64,000 nt of DNA from an uncultured cyanobacterium (GCA_963706595.1 OY970166.1:800001-864000); one strand, 5' to 3'; counted from the stretch's first letter, positions 52,647 through 63,741 are shown. The notes: a model not told the origin generated them from the letters alone. Made by a program: numbers and translations.

Positions 52647-53549
52647 TTAAATCTCAGACGCGAGCAATTGCGTCTCTACCTGACGGGGGTAGCGTTGCAT
52701 TAATTCCCTGACTTGCTCTGCATGATATGAGCTTCTTGTCAAGGGTGAGGAAACAACTTGTAAAAATCCGATTTCCGTACCGAATACCTGCCAAGCTGCA
52801 AATTGTTCGGGGGTAATAAAGTCATTAACTTGCAAGTGTTTTTGACTGGGTTGGAGGTACTGCCCAATGGTCAAAATGTCACAATCTACAGAGCGTAAGT
52901 CTTGCATAGCTTGGCGAATTTCGGTATCAGTTTCACCTAGTCCGACCATGATACCGGATTTAGTGTATACCCAAGGGGCAATTTGGCGAGAGCGTTGCAA
53001 TAATTCCAAAGTGCGCGCATAGTTTCCTTGGGGACGCACCCGACGATACAAGCGCTCAATTGTTTCTGTATTATGGTTAAGTACCTCTGGCGCAGCTTGT
53101 AAAATTATTTCTAAAGCATTCCAATTACCGCACAAATCAGGAATCAGCACCTCAATTGTGGTTTGAGGCGAGACACTCCGCACGGCTGCAATACACCGGA
53201 CAAACTGAGAAGCCCCACCATCAGGTAAATCATCCCGGTTTACAGAAGTAATCACCACATGATTAAGTTTCATCCGGCGCACAGCCTCAGCCAGTCGTGC
53301 TGGTTCTGTAGGGTCTAGGGGTTGGGGTTTTTTCTCAAAATCAATATCACAGTAAGGACAAGCACGAGTACAAGCAGGCCCCATAATCAAAAATGTGGCA
53401 GTACCGGCTTGAAAGCACTCACCAATATTCGGACAGGAAGCTTCCTCGCAAACTGTATTGAGTGCTAAATCCCGCAAAATTTCTTTGACGTTACCAACGC
53501 GCTCCCACTGAGGCGCTTTTACTCGCAACCAGTCTGGTTTAACAGTCAC
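52647..53549 (-). CDS. lipA: lipoyl synthase
   Basis: [24 protein letters not shown]. Confidence 0.96.
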   Translation of the reverse strand: MTVKPDWLRVKAPQWERVGNVKEILRDLALNTVCEEASCPNIGECFQAGTATFLIMGPACTRACPYCDIDFEKKPQPLDPTEPARLAEAVRRMKLNHVVITSVNRDDLPDGGASQFVRCIAAVRSVSPQTTIEVLIPDLCGNWNALEIILQAAPEVLNHNTETIERLYRRVRPQGNYARTLELLQRSRQIAPWVYTKSGIMVGLGETDTEIRQAMQDLRSVDCDILTIGQYLQPSQKHLQVNDFITPEQFAAWQVFGTEIGFLQVVSSPLTRSSYHAEQVRELMQRYPRQVETQLLASEI

Positions 53550-53664
53550 AATCTACTTTTATGAAGTTATACAAATCTCATCCTAGCAAGCAAAGCTCTA
53601 AATAATCAGCACATTTTGATATTTTATGATTGCTTATGATATAATCAGATGGTATTTATTGTGG

Positions 53665-53738
53665 CGGGATGTGGCGCAGCTTGGTAGCGCACTTCGTTCG
53701 GGACGAAGGGGCCGCTGGTTCGAATCCAGTCATCCCGA
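53665..53738 (+). tRNA. tRNA-Pro (CGG)
   Basis: Cloverleaf CGGGATG...CATCCCGA, anticodon arm CTTCG-TTCGGGA-CGAAG, T-loop GGTTCGAATCC; no encoded CCA. Confidence 0.96.
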
Positions 53739-54121
53739 TTTTTTGTTGTTGGTTTACCTGAAGCAATAGTTCATTAACCCTATTGTATTACTCTCGTCAG
53801 ATAAAAATTAGTACCCGTTATTTTAAGGACTTTGATGAATTTTGACGTAGGTTGGGTTGAACAAAATGAAACCCAACACCAAGAAGACCTGGTTTAGTTG
53901 GGCAAAGCATTATCTCAACCCAAGCGATTGCTTTTTCTTTCATCAGAGTCATAAAAGAGCGTTAATTAGTGGCGTATTTTTCTCTTCCATCAACTGCCAT
54001 AATTGTTGAAGGGTAGATTTACTTGCTACGAAAGGACACTGAATAGTAATTTTGCTGATTGCCTTATACTGGCTAATTTTGCTAAGTATTATACATTACA
54101 TTTATAACTTGAGAGCCTACA

Positions 54122-55222
54122 ATGAATTATTCAAATAATGAAATGAAATTTATCGCTTTAAGCCATTTTCAATCAAGAATATTTATATTATTAAAAATAA
54201 TAATTAATAAACAATATTATAAGTCTGAAAATAAAAAGAAATTTTTCAAAAACCTATTAGGAAACATACAAACTATTTCGAGTGAAATTAATGACGAACA
54301 TAATAATATAATTGAATTACAGTATAAGTATAATGATTTATCATTTAATTTAATAATAAATATTATAGATAATTTGTTAAATTGTATTACGCAAGATTCA
54401 GAATTTGTCATTGAAAAATATTTGATAGCAGCATCACATTTTGAAAGTACACAAGTAAATGTTGCATTACTAAATAATTTCATAAAAGAAGATGAAATTT
54501 TAGAATTTTATCAAAATAAAATATCAGAAATTTATAAAGAACTTGAGAAGATGAATGATTCAATTGATTCTAATGTTACTATAACTATTGAAAATTCAAT
54601 TTCCCCTATATGGATTCTACCAACTTCAACTTTTGAATGCACAAATATTGTGCAAATTCTCAATGATGGGTGTGAAGAAAGTCTAACAGTAAATGAAATT
54701 TTTATGAATAGATTAATGGTGTCATCCAGGATTGAAGAAACTTTAAATAGTTGGATAAGTAAAAATAATAGCAAGGTAAAAAAAAGAATTTTTATATTAA
54801 AGGAAGCTGTTACAGCCCATTTAGAAGAAAAATATTATTTAAGCGTATCTGCATTAATACCACAAATAGAAGGATTATTAAAAGATGCAATAGATGAGGC
54901 TAATATTACAGGAGTTAACTTGGAGTCGCTAAAGGAAGGATGTATCAAAAATGCAGCAGATAAGTTAGCAATAGAATGGAAAAAACGAACGAAAACAATA
55001 CAGAGAAATTTAGTGGATTTACTCAGTGAAAATTTTCCAAAGGTAATTGCTGATCTATATAAAGACTATAATTCAGAAGATGATCAGGAAAATAAACTTA
55101 ATCGTCATGGAATATGCCACGGGTTACAAACAAATTTTGGTATTGCCACAAGTTCTTTACGTTTAATTTTAATAATTGATAGAATCATCTTCTTTATGGC
55201 CGATGATGAAAATAATAAGTAA
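54122..55222 (+). CDS. AT-rich hypothetical protein with C-terminal HEPN-like motif
   Basis: LIPQIEGLLK ... NRHGICHG (Rx4H). Confidence 0.7.
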   Translation: MNYSNNEMKFIALSHFQSRIFILLKIIINKQYYKSENKKKFFKNLLGNIQTISSEINDEHNNIIELQYKYNDLSFNLIINIIDNLLNCITQDSEFVIEKYLIAASHFESTQVNVALLNNFIKEDEILEFYQNKISEIYKELEKMNDSIDSNVTITIENSISPIWILPTSTFECTNIVQILNDGCEESLTVNEIFMNRLMVSSRIEETLNSWISKNNSKVKKRIFILKEAVTAHLEEKYYLSVSALIPQIEGLLKDAIDEANITGVNLESLKEGCIKNAADKLAIEWKKRTKTIQRNLVDLLSENFPKVIADLYKDYNSEDDQENKLNRHGICHGLQTNFGIATSSLRLILIIDRIIFFMADDENNK

Positions 55223-55406
55223 TTATAGATACCAATGAAGCGAAAAAATAGATTTAACCAACCATTGAAACGCCTGATCGCTGGCTAAATTGGGCTGCTA
55301 ATGAAAATTTTACAGGCGATCAAAATGTCTGGCAAGGTGTTATTGATGTTTCATCGCTGACCCATAACACTGAAGAATGCACTCAATGTAGGGGTAGTTT
55401 GCAGTG

Positions 55407-55583
55407 CATTGGTGTCAACTTAAGCCCCGGCGACTGGAAGTCGCGGCTACACAAACAAAGTCCGCCTGCGCGGACTCAGGAAAAATCGAGGATCTGAAAC
55501 CCACGGAGGTGGGTTTTGCCTGTGTAGATGCGGTTTTTAACCGCCGATTTAATCTTAAGTTGACACTTAAGTTGACACGTATG
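55407..55583. mobile_element. MITE with ~18-bp TIRs (CATTGGTGTCAACTTAAG) and 9-bp TSD; IS4-type, Nezha-like
   Basis: Right end CTTAAGTTGACACGTATG with an internal 12-bp duplication; flanks TTTGCAGTG (55398-55406) and TTCGCAGTG (55584-55592). Confidence 0.78.
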
Positions 55584-56869
55584 TTCGCAGTGACGCAAAT
55601 CACGGCTAAAAAAATTCGTAGCACTTAGAATAGGCATTGTTATCTTTTAAACATAAGAGTAATCAAACTTAATCAAGCTTGGTAAATTTATGACTGTGAG
55701 CGATGATCGCTTAACAGAAAATTCTTCAGGTAGCACATAGCTAATTACTATGCCTTTAGACTGATTAAGAGTGCTAGAACCCTCATTTTTACGTTAATTT
55801 TCCAAAAATACTGGTTCAATGATTTACAAATATTATGATTTGTATTAGAGTTATGTTATGTTTTGTATAGTGCTTCTAAGTTACTGACCAACAAATTATT
55901 TGTTGGTTTAAGCTCAAACAGCTTAAATTAATACTAGAAAGCCAATTCAAGCGGATTTGGTATTTTTAACACAAAACCGATTCTTAAAAAACTTATAGTT
56001 TCGTTACAATAACCTCAGATATCTTGAAATCCTGAATTCTCAGGAACTACTCAGGTAGTTATTTTGAATACTGAGCAGTAACTAAACGAAGTAAAACAGT
56101 AATTATACTGTTACCGTCCATAGAATCGTAGTCAATCATCTTGGTCTTGAGCCATGTTATGTTTTCACAGTCATGCTAAAAAACAGCTTTCTGAGGATTG
56201 ATCACGGCGATAATTTTAAATATCAGTAGTTGAGAAACATAGGAGTTTCGCCAATTTCAACGATGGGAAAGTTGCTAGAGTCAAACATAGTGGAATTAAT
56301 TAAAATCACGGGAAACTTCCCAAATGTCCACTGTCATTCTCAGCCAAATAGAATGTAGCGAGTTTAGCAATATAAGGTTTAATAGTCATGGTTAGAAACA
56401 GCGAATTAAGAGTTAATCAGGGTTCTCACCTCAAATTAAAGATTGGAGATAAACGATACGAACAGTTCTCCAGGATAGGATTTTTACGAAATCTCACAGT
56501 GGGAAAACCACTAAAATAATACATAGTGGAATACATCCAAATTCAGATGAATCTTGATAAACTATAGCCAAGAACCCCGAAAGCGGGAATACAAGTAATT
56601 GGCAGAATATTACTACTAGGAATATTTGAATAGTTTAAGAAAGCATCTGGAATTAGAGGTGAACCCACCTACAGAATTTTCTCAAATGAATGGTGTTATT
56701 TAATAACATTGCTAGTTAGGAATAAAATTCAGCTTTTGTTTTGAAAGCCTGTTTTGTTGTGCCTTGAATCTCTACGGATAAAGAGCATAATTTTCTACTG
56801 GCTGGTATCAGGATAAGCGGTGATTAATACCGTTAGCTCACAATTTTTTTACTGGGAATAAGGTGAATC

Positions 56870-58099
56870 ATGAATAAAGTGCAAGCATCCTTTGAAGCTA
56901 CAGAAACCGCATTTCACGTCGAAGGTTACGAAAAAATAGATTTTAGTCTTGTTTATGTGAACGGGGCTTTTGATGTCAAAAACCGCGAAATTGCCGATAG
57001 TTACGCGAAATTTGGTCGCTGTCTAACTGTGATTGATGCCAATGTTTATGAACTTTATGGTAAGCAAATCAGGTCATATTTTAAGCACTATGATATTGAT
57101 TTGACAGTATTTCCCATCATCATTTCTGAGACAGATAAAAGCCTGAGCAGTTTTGAAAAAATTGTTGATGCTTTTTCCGACTTTGGCTTAGTTCGCAAAG
57201 AACCAGTTTTAGTCGTCGGTGGTGGTTTAGTTACTGATGTGGCTGGGTTTGCTTGCGCTGCTTACCGTCGCAAGAGCAATTACATTCGCGTTCCCACAAC
57301 CTTGATTGGTTTAATTGATGCAGGTGTAGCAATTAAGGTCGCAGTTAATCATCGTAAGTTGAAAAATCGCTTGGGAGCATATCATGCACCTTTGAAAGTG
57401 ATTCTGGATTTCTCATTTTTGCAGACTTTGCCAACTTCTCAAGTTCGCAATGGTATGGCAGAGTTAGTAAAAATCGCTGTAGTGTCTAATTCACAAGTGT
57501 TTGAACTGCTATACGAATATGGCGAACAACTGCTTGCGACTCATTTTGGACAGGTGAATGGGACACCGGAAATCAAAGAAATTGCTCATACAGTCAACTA
57601 CGAAGCCATCAAAACCATGCTGGAGTTAGAGACTCCTAATTTGCATGAGTTAGACTTGGATCGAGTGATTGCTTATGGACACAGTTGGAGTCCGACTTTA
57701 GAATTAGCACCTCGTGTACCCCTGTATCATGGTCATGCGGTGAATATAGATATGGCTTTGTCTGCAACCATTGCGGCTAAACGGGGTTATATTCCGACTG
57801 GAGAGCGCGATCGCATTCTAGAATTAATGAATCGTATCGGCTTATCTCTGGATCATCCTCTACTAGATGGCGATTTACTTTGGGATGCTACCGAGTCTAT
57901 TAGTTTAACACGAGATGGCAAACAACGCGCCGCTATGCCTCGTCCCATTGGTGAGTGCTTCTTTGTCAATGATTTGACCCGTGAAGAACTTGATGCGGCT
58001 TTAGCTGAACACAAAAATCTTTGTGCTAAATACCCTCGTGGTGGCGCAGGCGTTGACGCATACATTGACAGTCAAGCAGCCAAGCTATTGGGAGTGTAA
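56870..58099 (+). CDS. mysA: desmethyl-4-deoxygadusol synthase (sedoheptulose 7-phosphate cyclase)
   Basis: [57 protein letters not shown]. Confidence 0.95.
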   Translation: MNKVQASFEATETAFHVEGYEKIDFSLVYVNGAFDVKNREIADSYAKFGRCLTVIDANVYELYGKQIRSYFKHYDIDLTVFPIIISETDKSLSSFEKIVDAFSDFGLVRKEPVLVVGGGLVTDVAGFACAAYRRKSNYIRVPTTLIGLIDAGVAIKVAVNHRKLKNRLGAYHAPLKVILDFSFLQTLPTSQVRNGMAELVKIAVVSNSQVFELLYEYGEQLLATHFGQVNGTPEIKEIAHTVNYEAIKTMLELETPNLHELDLDRVIAYGHSWSPTLELAPRVPLYHGHAVNIDMALSATIAAKRGYIPTGERDRILELMNRIGLSLDHPLLDGDLLWDATESISLTRDGKQRAAMPRPIGECFFVNDLTREELDAALAEHKNLCAKYPRGGAGVDAYIDSQAAKLLGV

Positions 58100-58103
58100 A
58101 GAT

Positions 58104-58937
58104 ATGACCAGTCTTTTAGGAAAAGAAACAGCTAGACCAATCACGCCACACAGCATTTTAGTAGCCCAGCTACAGAAAACTCTCAAATTAGCCCAAGAGG
58201 GTAACATTTCCCCAGAAATCTTAGAATCTCTGCGCCAGGGAGTGGAATTAGCCGCAGGTTTAGATCCCTATTTGGATGATTACACTACCCCGGAATCGAG
58301 CGCATTAAAAGCATTGGCGCAAAAAACCAGTCAAGAAGACTGGGGAAAACGCTTTAGTAATCAAGAAACGGTGCGTCAACTAGAGCAAGAAATGCTCTCA
58401 GGACATCTGGAAGGACAGACATTAAAAATGTTTGTTCGCATGACCAAAGCCAAGCGCATTCTGGAAGTGGGAATGTTCACAGGATATTCAGCTTTGGCTA
58501 TGGCAGAAGCACTGCCTAGTGATGGGGTACTAATAGGTTGTGAAGTAGACCCCTATGTGGCTCAATTTGCTCAGGATTGCTTTAATGAGTCTCCTCACGG
58601 CAAAAAAATCATTGTCGAGGTTGCACCAGCCTTAGAGACAATTCACAAGTTAGCAGCCGAAAAAGAATCTTTTGATTTGATTTTCATCGATGCTGATAAA
58701 AAGGAGTATGTCGAATACTTCCAGATGATTTTAGAGCATCAGTTACTGACTCCCGACGGGTTAATCTGCGTGGATAATACTTTGCTGCAAGGACAAGTAT
58801 ACCTCCCCGCCGAACAACGTACCGCCAACGGTGAAGCGATCGCCCAATTCAATCGTGTTGTCGCCGCAGATCCTCGTGTGGAACAAGTTTTGTTACCCAT
58901 TCGAGATGGTGTCACCCTAATTAGACGCGTCGCGTAA
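58104..58937 (+). CDS. mysB: O-methyltransferase for 4-deoxygadusol
   Basis: ARPITP, EQEMLSGH, LEVGMFTGYS, FIDADK, VDNTL. Confidence 0.93.
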   Translation: MTSLLGKETARPITPHSILVAQLQKTLKLAQEGNISPEILESLRQGVELAAGLDPYLDDYTTPESSALKALAQKTSQEDWGKRFSNQETVRQLEQEMLSGHLEGQTLKMFVRMTKAKRILEVGMFTGYSALAMAEALPSDGVLIGCEVDPYVAQFAQDCFNESPHGKKIIVEVAPALETIHKLAAEKESFDLIFIDADKKEYVEYFQMILEHQLLTPDGLICVDNTLLQGQVYLPAEQRTANGEAIAQFNRVVAADPRVEQVLLPIRDGVTLIRRVA

Positions 58938-59085
58938 TCAAGGGATGAGGGAGATAAATTTGCTCCCTTCTCTCCCCCTGTAAGAACAGTTAACAGTTAT
59001 CACACCGATATAGTGGGGGATTTAGACCCAATTATGTCTCTTAATTGGTAACTGTTAACTGATAACTGATAACTGACAAAGACTT

Positions 59086-60483
59086 ATGGCACAATCAATT
59101 TCTTTATCTTTGGGGAAATCTCCCACTTCTTCAACGGGTGTTTGGGTAAAGTTAGTGACTTTATTCCAGACTCTCGGTACTTTGACATTATTACTCATAG
59201 CTTTGCCGTTTAATGCTTTAATAGTATTGATATCTTTGCTGTGGGGTTTTGTGCGATCGCCTTTTAAACAAAAAGCTGTGGTCGCATATCATCCTCAGAC
59301 TATCTTGGTAAGTGGAGCCAAGATGACCAAAGCATTGCAATTGGCTCGTTGTTTTCACGCAGATGGACACCGAGTTATTTTAATTGAAGGTCACAAATAT
59401 TGGTTATCTGGGCATCGATTCTCTAAAGCAGTCAGTGGTTTTTATACAGTTCCTGCTCCGCAATTAGACCCAGAAGGCTATATCCAGGCGCTGATAGAAA
59501 TCGTGAAAAAAGAGCAGGTTGACGTTTATGTACCTGTATGCAGTCCTGTAGCTAGTTACTACGACTCTTTAGCAAAACCGGCATTATCGGAATACTGCGA
59601 AGTTTTCCACTTTGATGCAGATATTACCAAGATGTTGGATGATAAATTTGCTTTTACTGAGCAGGCGCGATCGCTTGGTTTATCTGTCCCCAAATCCTTT
59701 AAAATCACAGATGCTCAACAAGTGATAAATTTTGATTTTAGTCAAGAAACCCATAAATATATCTTAAAAAATATTGCTTACGATTCCGTTCGCCGCTTAA
59801 ACTTAACCAAACTTCCCTGCGACACCCCAGAACAAACAGCAGCCTTTGTCAACAGTTTACCCATCAGCGAAGCAAACCCTTGGATTATGCAAGAGTTTAT
59901 TCCTGGGAAGGAGTTATGCACACATAGCACAGTGCGAGACGGAGAATTAAGATTGCATTGCTGTTCAGACTCATCAGCATTTCAAATCAACTATGAAAAC
60001 GTAGAAAATACCCAAATTCGGGAATGGGTGCAACACTTCGTTAAAAGTTTAGCACTAACTGGGCAAATTTCCTTCGACTTTATTCAAGCCGAATCCGGGA
60101 CAGTGTACGCCATTGAATGCAATCCCCGTACCCATTCAGCCATCACCATGTTCTACAATCATCCTGGTGTAGCAGAAGCCTATCTAAGTAAAACTCCCCT
60201 AGATGCACCCTTAGAACCCCTAACAAACAGCAAACCTACCTACTGGATATATCACGAAATCTGGAGATTAACAGGTATCCGTTCCTGGAAACAATTGCAA
60301 ACATCAGTAAATACCCTCTTGCGAGGCACAGATGCTATTTTCCAGCTTGATGACCCCGTACCATTCCTTACCCTACATCACTGGCAGATTCCCCTACTAC
60401 TGCTAAAAAACCTGCAAAAACTCACAGGCTGGGTAAAAATAGACTTCAACATCGGTAAACTCGTAGAACTAGACGGCGACTAA
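59086..60483 (+). CDS. mysC: ATP-grasp mycosporine-glycine synthase
   Basis: SGAKMTKALQLAR, PVCSPVASYYDS, YDSVRRL, IECNPRTHSA, IDFNIGKLVE. Confidence 0.93.
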   Translation: MAQSISLSLGKSPTSSTGVWVKLVTLFQTLGTLTLLLIALPFNALIVLISLLWGFVRSPFKQKAVVAYHPQTILVSGAKMTKALQLARCFHADGHRVILIEGHKYWLSGHRFSKAVSGFYTVPAPQLDPEGYIQALIEIVKKEQVDVYVPVCSPVASYYDSLAKPALSEYCEVFHFDADITKMLDDKFAFTEQARSLGLSVPKSFKITDAQQVINFDFSQETHKYILKNIAYDSVRRLNLTKLPCDTPEQTAAFVNSLPISEANPWIMQEFIPGKELCTHSTVRDGELRLHCCSDSSAFQINYENVENTQIREWVQHFVKSLALTGQISFDFIQAESGTVYAIECNPRTHSAITMFYNHPGVAEAYLSKTPLDAPLEPLTNSKPTYWIYHEIWRLTGIRSWKQLQTSVNTLLRGTDAIFQLDDPVPFLTLHHWQIPLLLLKNLQKLTGWVKIDFNIGKLVELDGD

Positions 60484-60625
60484 ATCAGTTAACAGTTAAC
60501 AGTTAACAGTTATCACGCCGATTTAATCAGAGGTTTCGACTCAATTAACTGTTAAAAAAACCTCTTCACCTCTTCACCTCTGCGCCTCTGCGCCTTTGCG
60601 TGACACTAATCCATATTAATAAACT

Positions 60626-61678
60626 ATGCCATTACTGAATATCCTGCACTTAGTCGGTTCCGCGCAAAACGAATTTTACTGTGATTTGTCACGCCTTTAC
60701 GCCCAAGATTGCTTGAATGCAACAGCAGAGCGATCGCGCTATAATTTTCAGATTGCATACATTACACCTGATGGCCAGTGGCGATTTCCCCCCTCCCTCA
60801 GTCGAGAAGATATCGCGGACACCAAACCGATTTCCCTCGTTGAAGCCATACAATTTATCACCGCGCAAAACATTGACCTCGTGTTACCACAAATGTTTTG
60901 TATTCCGGGAATGACTTATTACCGCGCCCTCTTCGACCTGCTCAAAATACCCTACGTAGGTAATACTGCGGACGTAATGGCAATAGCCAGCCACAAAGCC
61001 AGAACTAAAGCAATTGTCGCCGCCGCCGGGGTGAAAGTGCCTGAAGGAGAACTGCTTCGTCCTGGAGATGTGCCAACAATTACACCTCCAGTAGTCATCA
61101 AACCCGTAAGTTCTGATAACTCATTAGGGGTAGCTTTAGTTAAAGATGCGGCTGACTATGACGCTGCGTTAAAGACAGCATTTGAGTATGCAGATGAAGT
61201 GATTGTCGAAAAATTCATCGAACTCGGACGAGAAGTCAGATGTGGTATCATTGTCAAAGATGGGGACTTAGTGGGTTTACCCCTAGAAGAATATAAATTA
61301 GACCCTGACAAGAAACCTATCCGCAGTTATGCTGATAAACTCCAAAAAACCGATGATGGTGACTTGAATTTCAGCGCTAAGGATAACAAAAAGTCTTGGA
61401 TTGTAGACCCTAGCGACCCCATTACCCAAAGGGTTCAGGAAGTGGCGAAAAAATGTCATCAGGCTTTGGGTTGTCGCCACTACAGTTTATTTGATTTCCG
61501 CATCGACCCAGAGGGAGAACCTTGGTTTTTAGAAGCCGGTTTATATTGTTCTTTTGCTCCCAAAAGTGTAATTTCCTGTATGGCGAAAGCAGTAGAAATT
61601 CCTCTCAATGACTTATTCATGACCGTTATTCATGAAACCTTGAGCAATGAACCCAAAAAAAATTATGATAATTACTAA
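60626..61678 (+). CDS. mysD: D-Ala-D-Ala ligase-like mycosporine-glycine:amino acid ligase
   Basis: LHLVGSA..FYCDLSRLYA, PQMFCIPGMT, DNSLGV, GREVRCG, YSLFDFR, EAGLYCSF. Confidence 0.92.
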   Translation: MPLLNILHLVGSAQNEFYCDLSRLYAQDCLNATAERSRYNFQIAYITPDGQWRFPPSLSREDIADTKPISLVEAIQFITAQNIDLVLPQMFCIPGMTYYRALFDLLKIPYVGNTADVMAIASHKARTKAIVAAAGVKVPEGELLRPGDVPTITPPVVIKPVSSDNSLGVALVKDAADYDAALKTAFEYADEVIVEKFIELGREVRCGIIVKDGDLVGLPLEEYKLDPDKKPIRSYADKLQKTDDGDLNFSAKDNKKSWIVDPSDPITQRVQEVAKKCHQALGCRHYSLFDFRIDPEGEPWFLEAGLYCSFAPKSVISCMAKAVEIPLNDLFMTVIHETLSNEPKKNYDNY

Positions 61679-61738
61679 AACTATTATTTGATCACGAATT
61701 AGAATAGTAGTCTATGACTATATGCCTAAACTAAAAAT

Positions 61739-63433
61739 ATGCAAGAATATGATGTTGTTATTATTGGCGCAGGACATAACGGGCTAGTTTGTGCTGGTTA
61801 TTTGCTGCAAGCTGGCTACAGCGTCCTACTATTAGAGAAACGTCCGGTTCCTGGTGGTGCAGCCACAACCGAAGAATGCATACCTAAAGAAGCGCCTGGA
61901 TTTAAATTTAATTTGTGTGCAATTGACCACGAGTTTATTCATTTGGGGCCAGTTGTAGAAGAATTAGAATTAGAAAAATATGGTTTAGAATATTTAGATT
62001 GTGACCCTGTTGTTTTTTGTCCCCATCCTGATGGAAAATATTTCTTAGCTCACAAATCAGTGGAAAAGACTTGTGCAGAAATCGCTCGTTACAATGAACG
62101 CGATGCTAAAAAATATGCCGAATTTATAGATTACTGGCAAAGGGCAATTAGTGCAATGGTTCCCATGTTTAACGCCCCACCAAAATCATTTATAGATATT
62201 TTTGGTAACTACAATGTGCAAAAATTTAAAGATTTATTTTCGGTAGTCGGTTCGCCAGCCAAAAGCTTGGACTTTATTCGCACGATGTTAAACAGTGCTG
62301 AAGATATTTTAGAGGAATGGTTTGATGAGGAATTCTTAAAAGCCCCACTTTCTCGACTAGCTTCAGAACTCGGTGCGCCGCCTTCACAAAAAAATTTAGC
62401 TATTGGTGTGATGATGATGGCTATGCGTCACAACCCCGGTATGACCAGACCTCGTGGGGGAACTGGGGCGTTAGTCCAAGCATTAGTTAAATTAGTTACT
62501 ACTAAAGGTGGGACAATTTTAACAGACCAACAGGTAGAAAAAGTATTAATTGATAACGGTAAAGCTGTTGGTGTTAGGGTTGCCGGTGGTGAAGAATATC
62601 GCGCTAAATATGGCGTTATTTCCAACATTGATGCTAAACGTCTATTTTTACAGCTAATAGATACCAGTGAAGTTGATGATGCTGATCCTGATTTACGAGA
62701 AAGGTTAGAACGTCGCATCATTAATAATAACGAAACTATCCTAAAAATAGACTTGGCTTTAGACGAACCTCTGCATTTTCCGCACCACGACCACAAAGAT
62801 GATTATCTCATTGGATCTATTTTAATTGCAGATTCAATGGCTCATGTGGAACAGGCTCATAGTAAATGTACCATAGGCGAGATTCCCGATGCTAACCCTT
62901 CCATGTATGCGGTGATGCCTAGCGCCCTTGACCCCACATTAGCACCACCCGGTAAACATACTTTATGGATTGAATTTTTTGCGCCTTATCAAATAGCCGG
63001 TGCTGAAGGTACTGGTTTAAAAGGTACTGGTTGGACAGATGAATTAAAAAATCAAGTTGCAGACAAAGTAATTGATAAGTTAGCTAATTATGCCCCAAAT
63101 GTTAAAGCCGCAACTATCGCCCGGCGTGTGGAAAGTCCAGCCGAATTGGGTGAAAGATTAGGCGCTTACAAAGGGAATTATTATCATATTGATATGACTT
63201 TAGATCAAATGGTGTTTTTCCGTCCTTTACCAGAATTAGCTAACTACAAAACACCAATTGAAAATCTATTTTTAACTGGTGCGGGAACTCATCCAGGTGG
63301 GTCAATTTCCGGAATGCCAGGACGTAATTGTGCGCGGGTATTTTTGCAAGCAAAACATCCTTTAGGTCAAAGTTTAAGGGATGCGAAGGATTCATTTAAA
63401 TCAGCTGTAGGTTCGATATTTGGACTTGGTTGA
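61739..63433 (+). CDS. crtO: beta-carotene ketolase (CrtI-type FAD enzyme)
   Basis: GAGHNGL, PGFKFNLCAIDHEFIHLGP, GAGTHPGGSISGMPGRNCA. Confidence 0.88.
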   Translation: MQEYDVVIIGAGHNGLVCAGYLLQAGYSVLLLEKRPVPGGAATTEECIPKEAPGFKFNLCAIDHEFIHLGPVVEELELEKYGLEYLDCDPVVFCPHPDGKYFLAHKSVEKTCAEIARYNERDAKKYAEFIDYWQRAISAMVPMFNAPPKSFIDIFGNYNVQKFKDLFSVVGSPAKSLDFIRTMLNSAEDILEEWFDEEFLKAPLSRLASELGAPPSQKNLAIGVMMMAMRHNPGMTRPRGGTGALVQALVKLVTTKGGTILTDQQVEKVLIDNGKAVGVRVAGGEEYRAKYGVISNIDAKRLFLQLIDTSEVDDADPDLRERLERRIINNNETILKIDLALDEPLHFPHHDHKDDYLIGSILIADSMAHVEQAHSKCTIGEIPDANPSMYAVMPSALDPTLAPPGKHTLWIEFFAPYQIAGAEGTGLKGTGWTDELKNQVADKVIDKLANYAPNVKAATIARRVESPAELGERLGAYKGNYYHIDMTLDQMVFFRPLPELANYKTPIENLFLTGAGTHPGGSISGMPGRNCARVFLQAKHPLGQSLRDAKDSFKSAVGSIFGLG

Positions 63434-63659
63434 GAATTCTCTATAGCAACTATAGCAACCACCAAGGACGTTAAGACATAAACGGATAATCAAACTTAGA
63501 CACCAAAAGGGTTTTAACCCACTCCCCAGAAGAGGCAGGGGAGCAGGGAGAAGGGTGCAAGGGGGAGTAAGAAATTATTTTAAACTTCCGGTTACTTAAC
63601 CACCATTCTTCTTCTCCCCTTCTCCCCACTCCCTACTCCCCACTCCCTACTCCCCAGCA

Positions 63660-63687
63660 AAAAACCCCGGCGAAACTAACCGAGGTT
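63660..63687 (-). terminator. putative terminator of psb34
   Basis: Minus strand AACCTCGG...CCGGGGTT followed by a T run. Confidence 0.55.
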
Positions 63688-63741
63688 GATAGGAGAAGTC
63701 CGAATGACGATGAGAAATACCGATACCGAAATCTATAAATA

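Noticed and set aside
55255..55400. Short open frame TIETPDRWLNWAANENFTGDQNVWQGVIDV
   Set aside because: It may be a gene fragment, but it has no start and I cannot assign a family.
53665..55620. Integrative element or prophage at tRNA-Pro
   Set aside because: No integrase and no duplicated tRNA 3' end (attR) were visible downstream.
55404..55628. ORFs 55404-55628 (+) and 55415-55624 (-)
   Set aside because: They are translations of a palindromic MITE.
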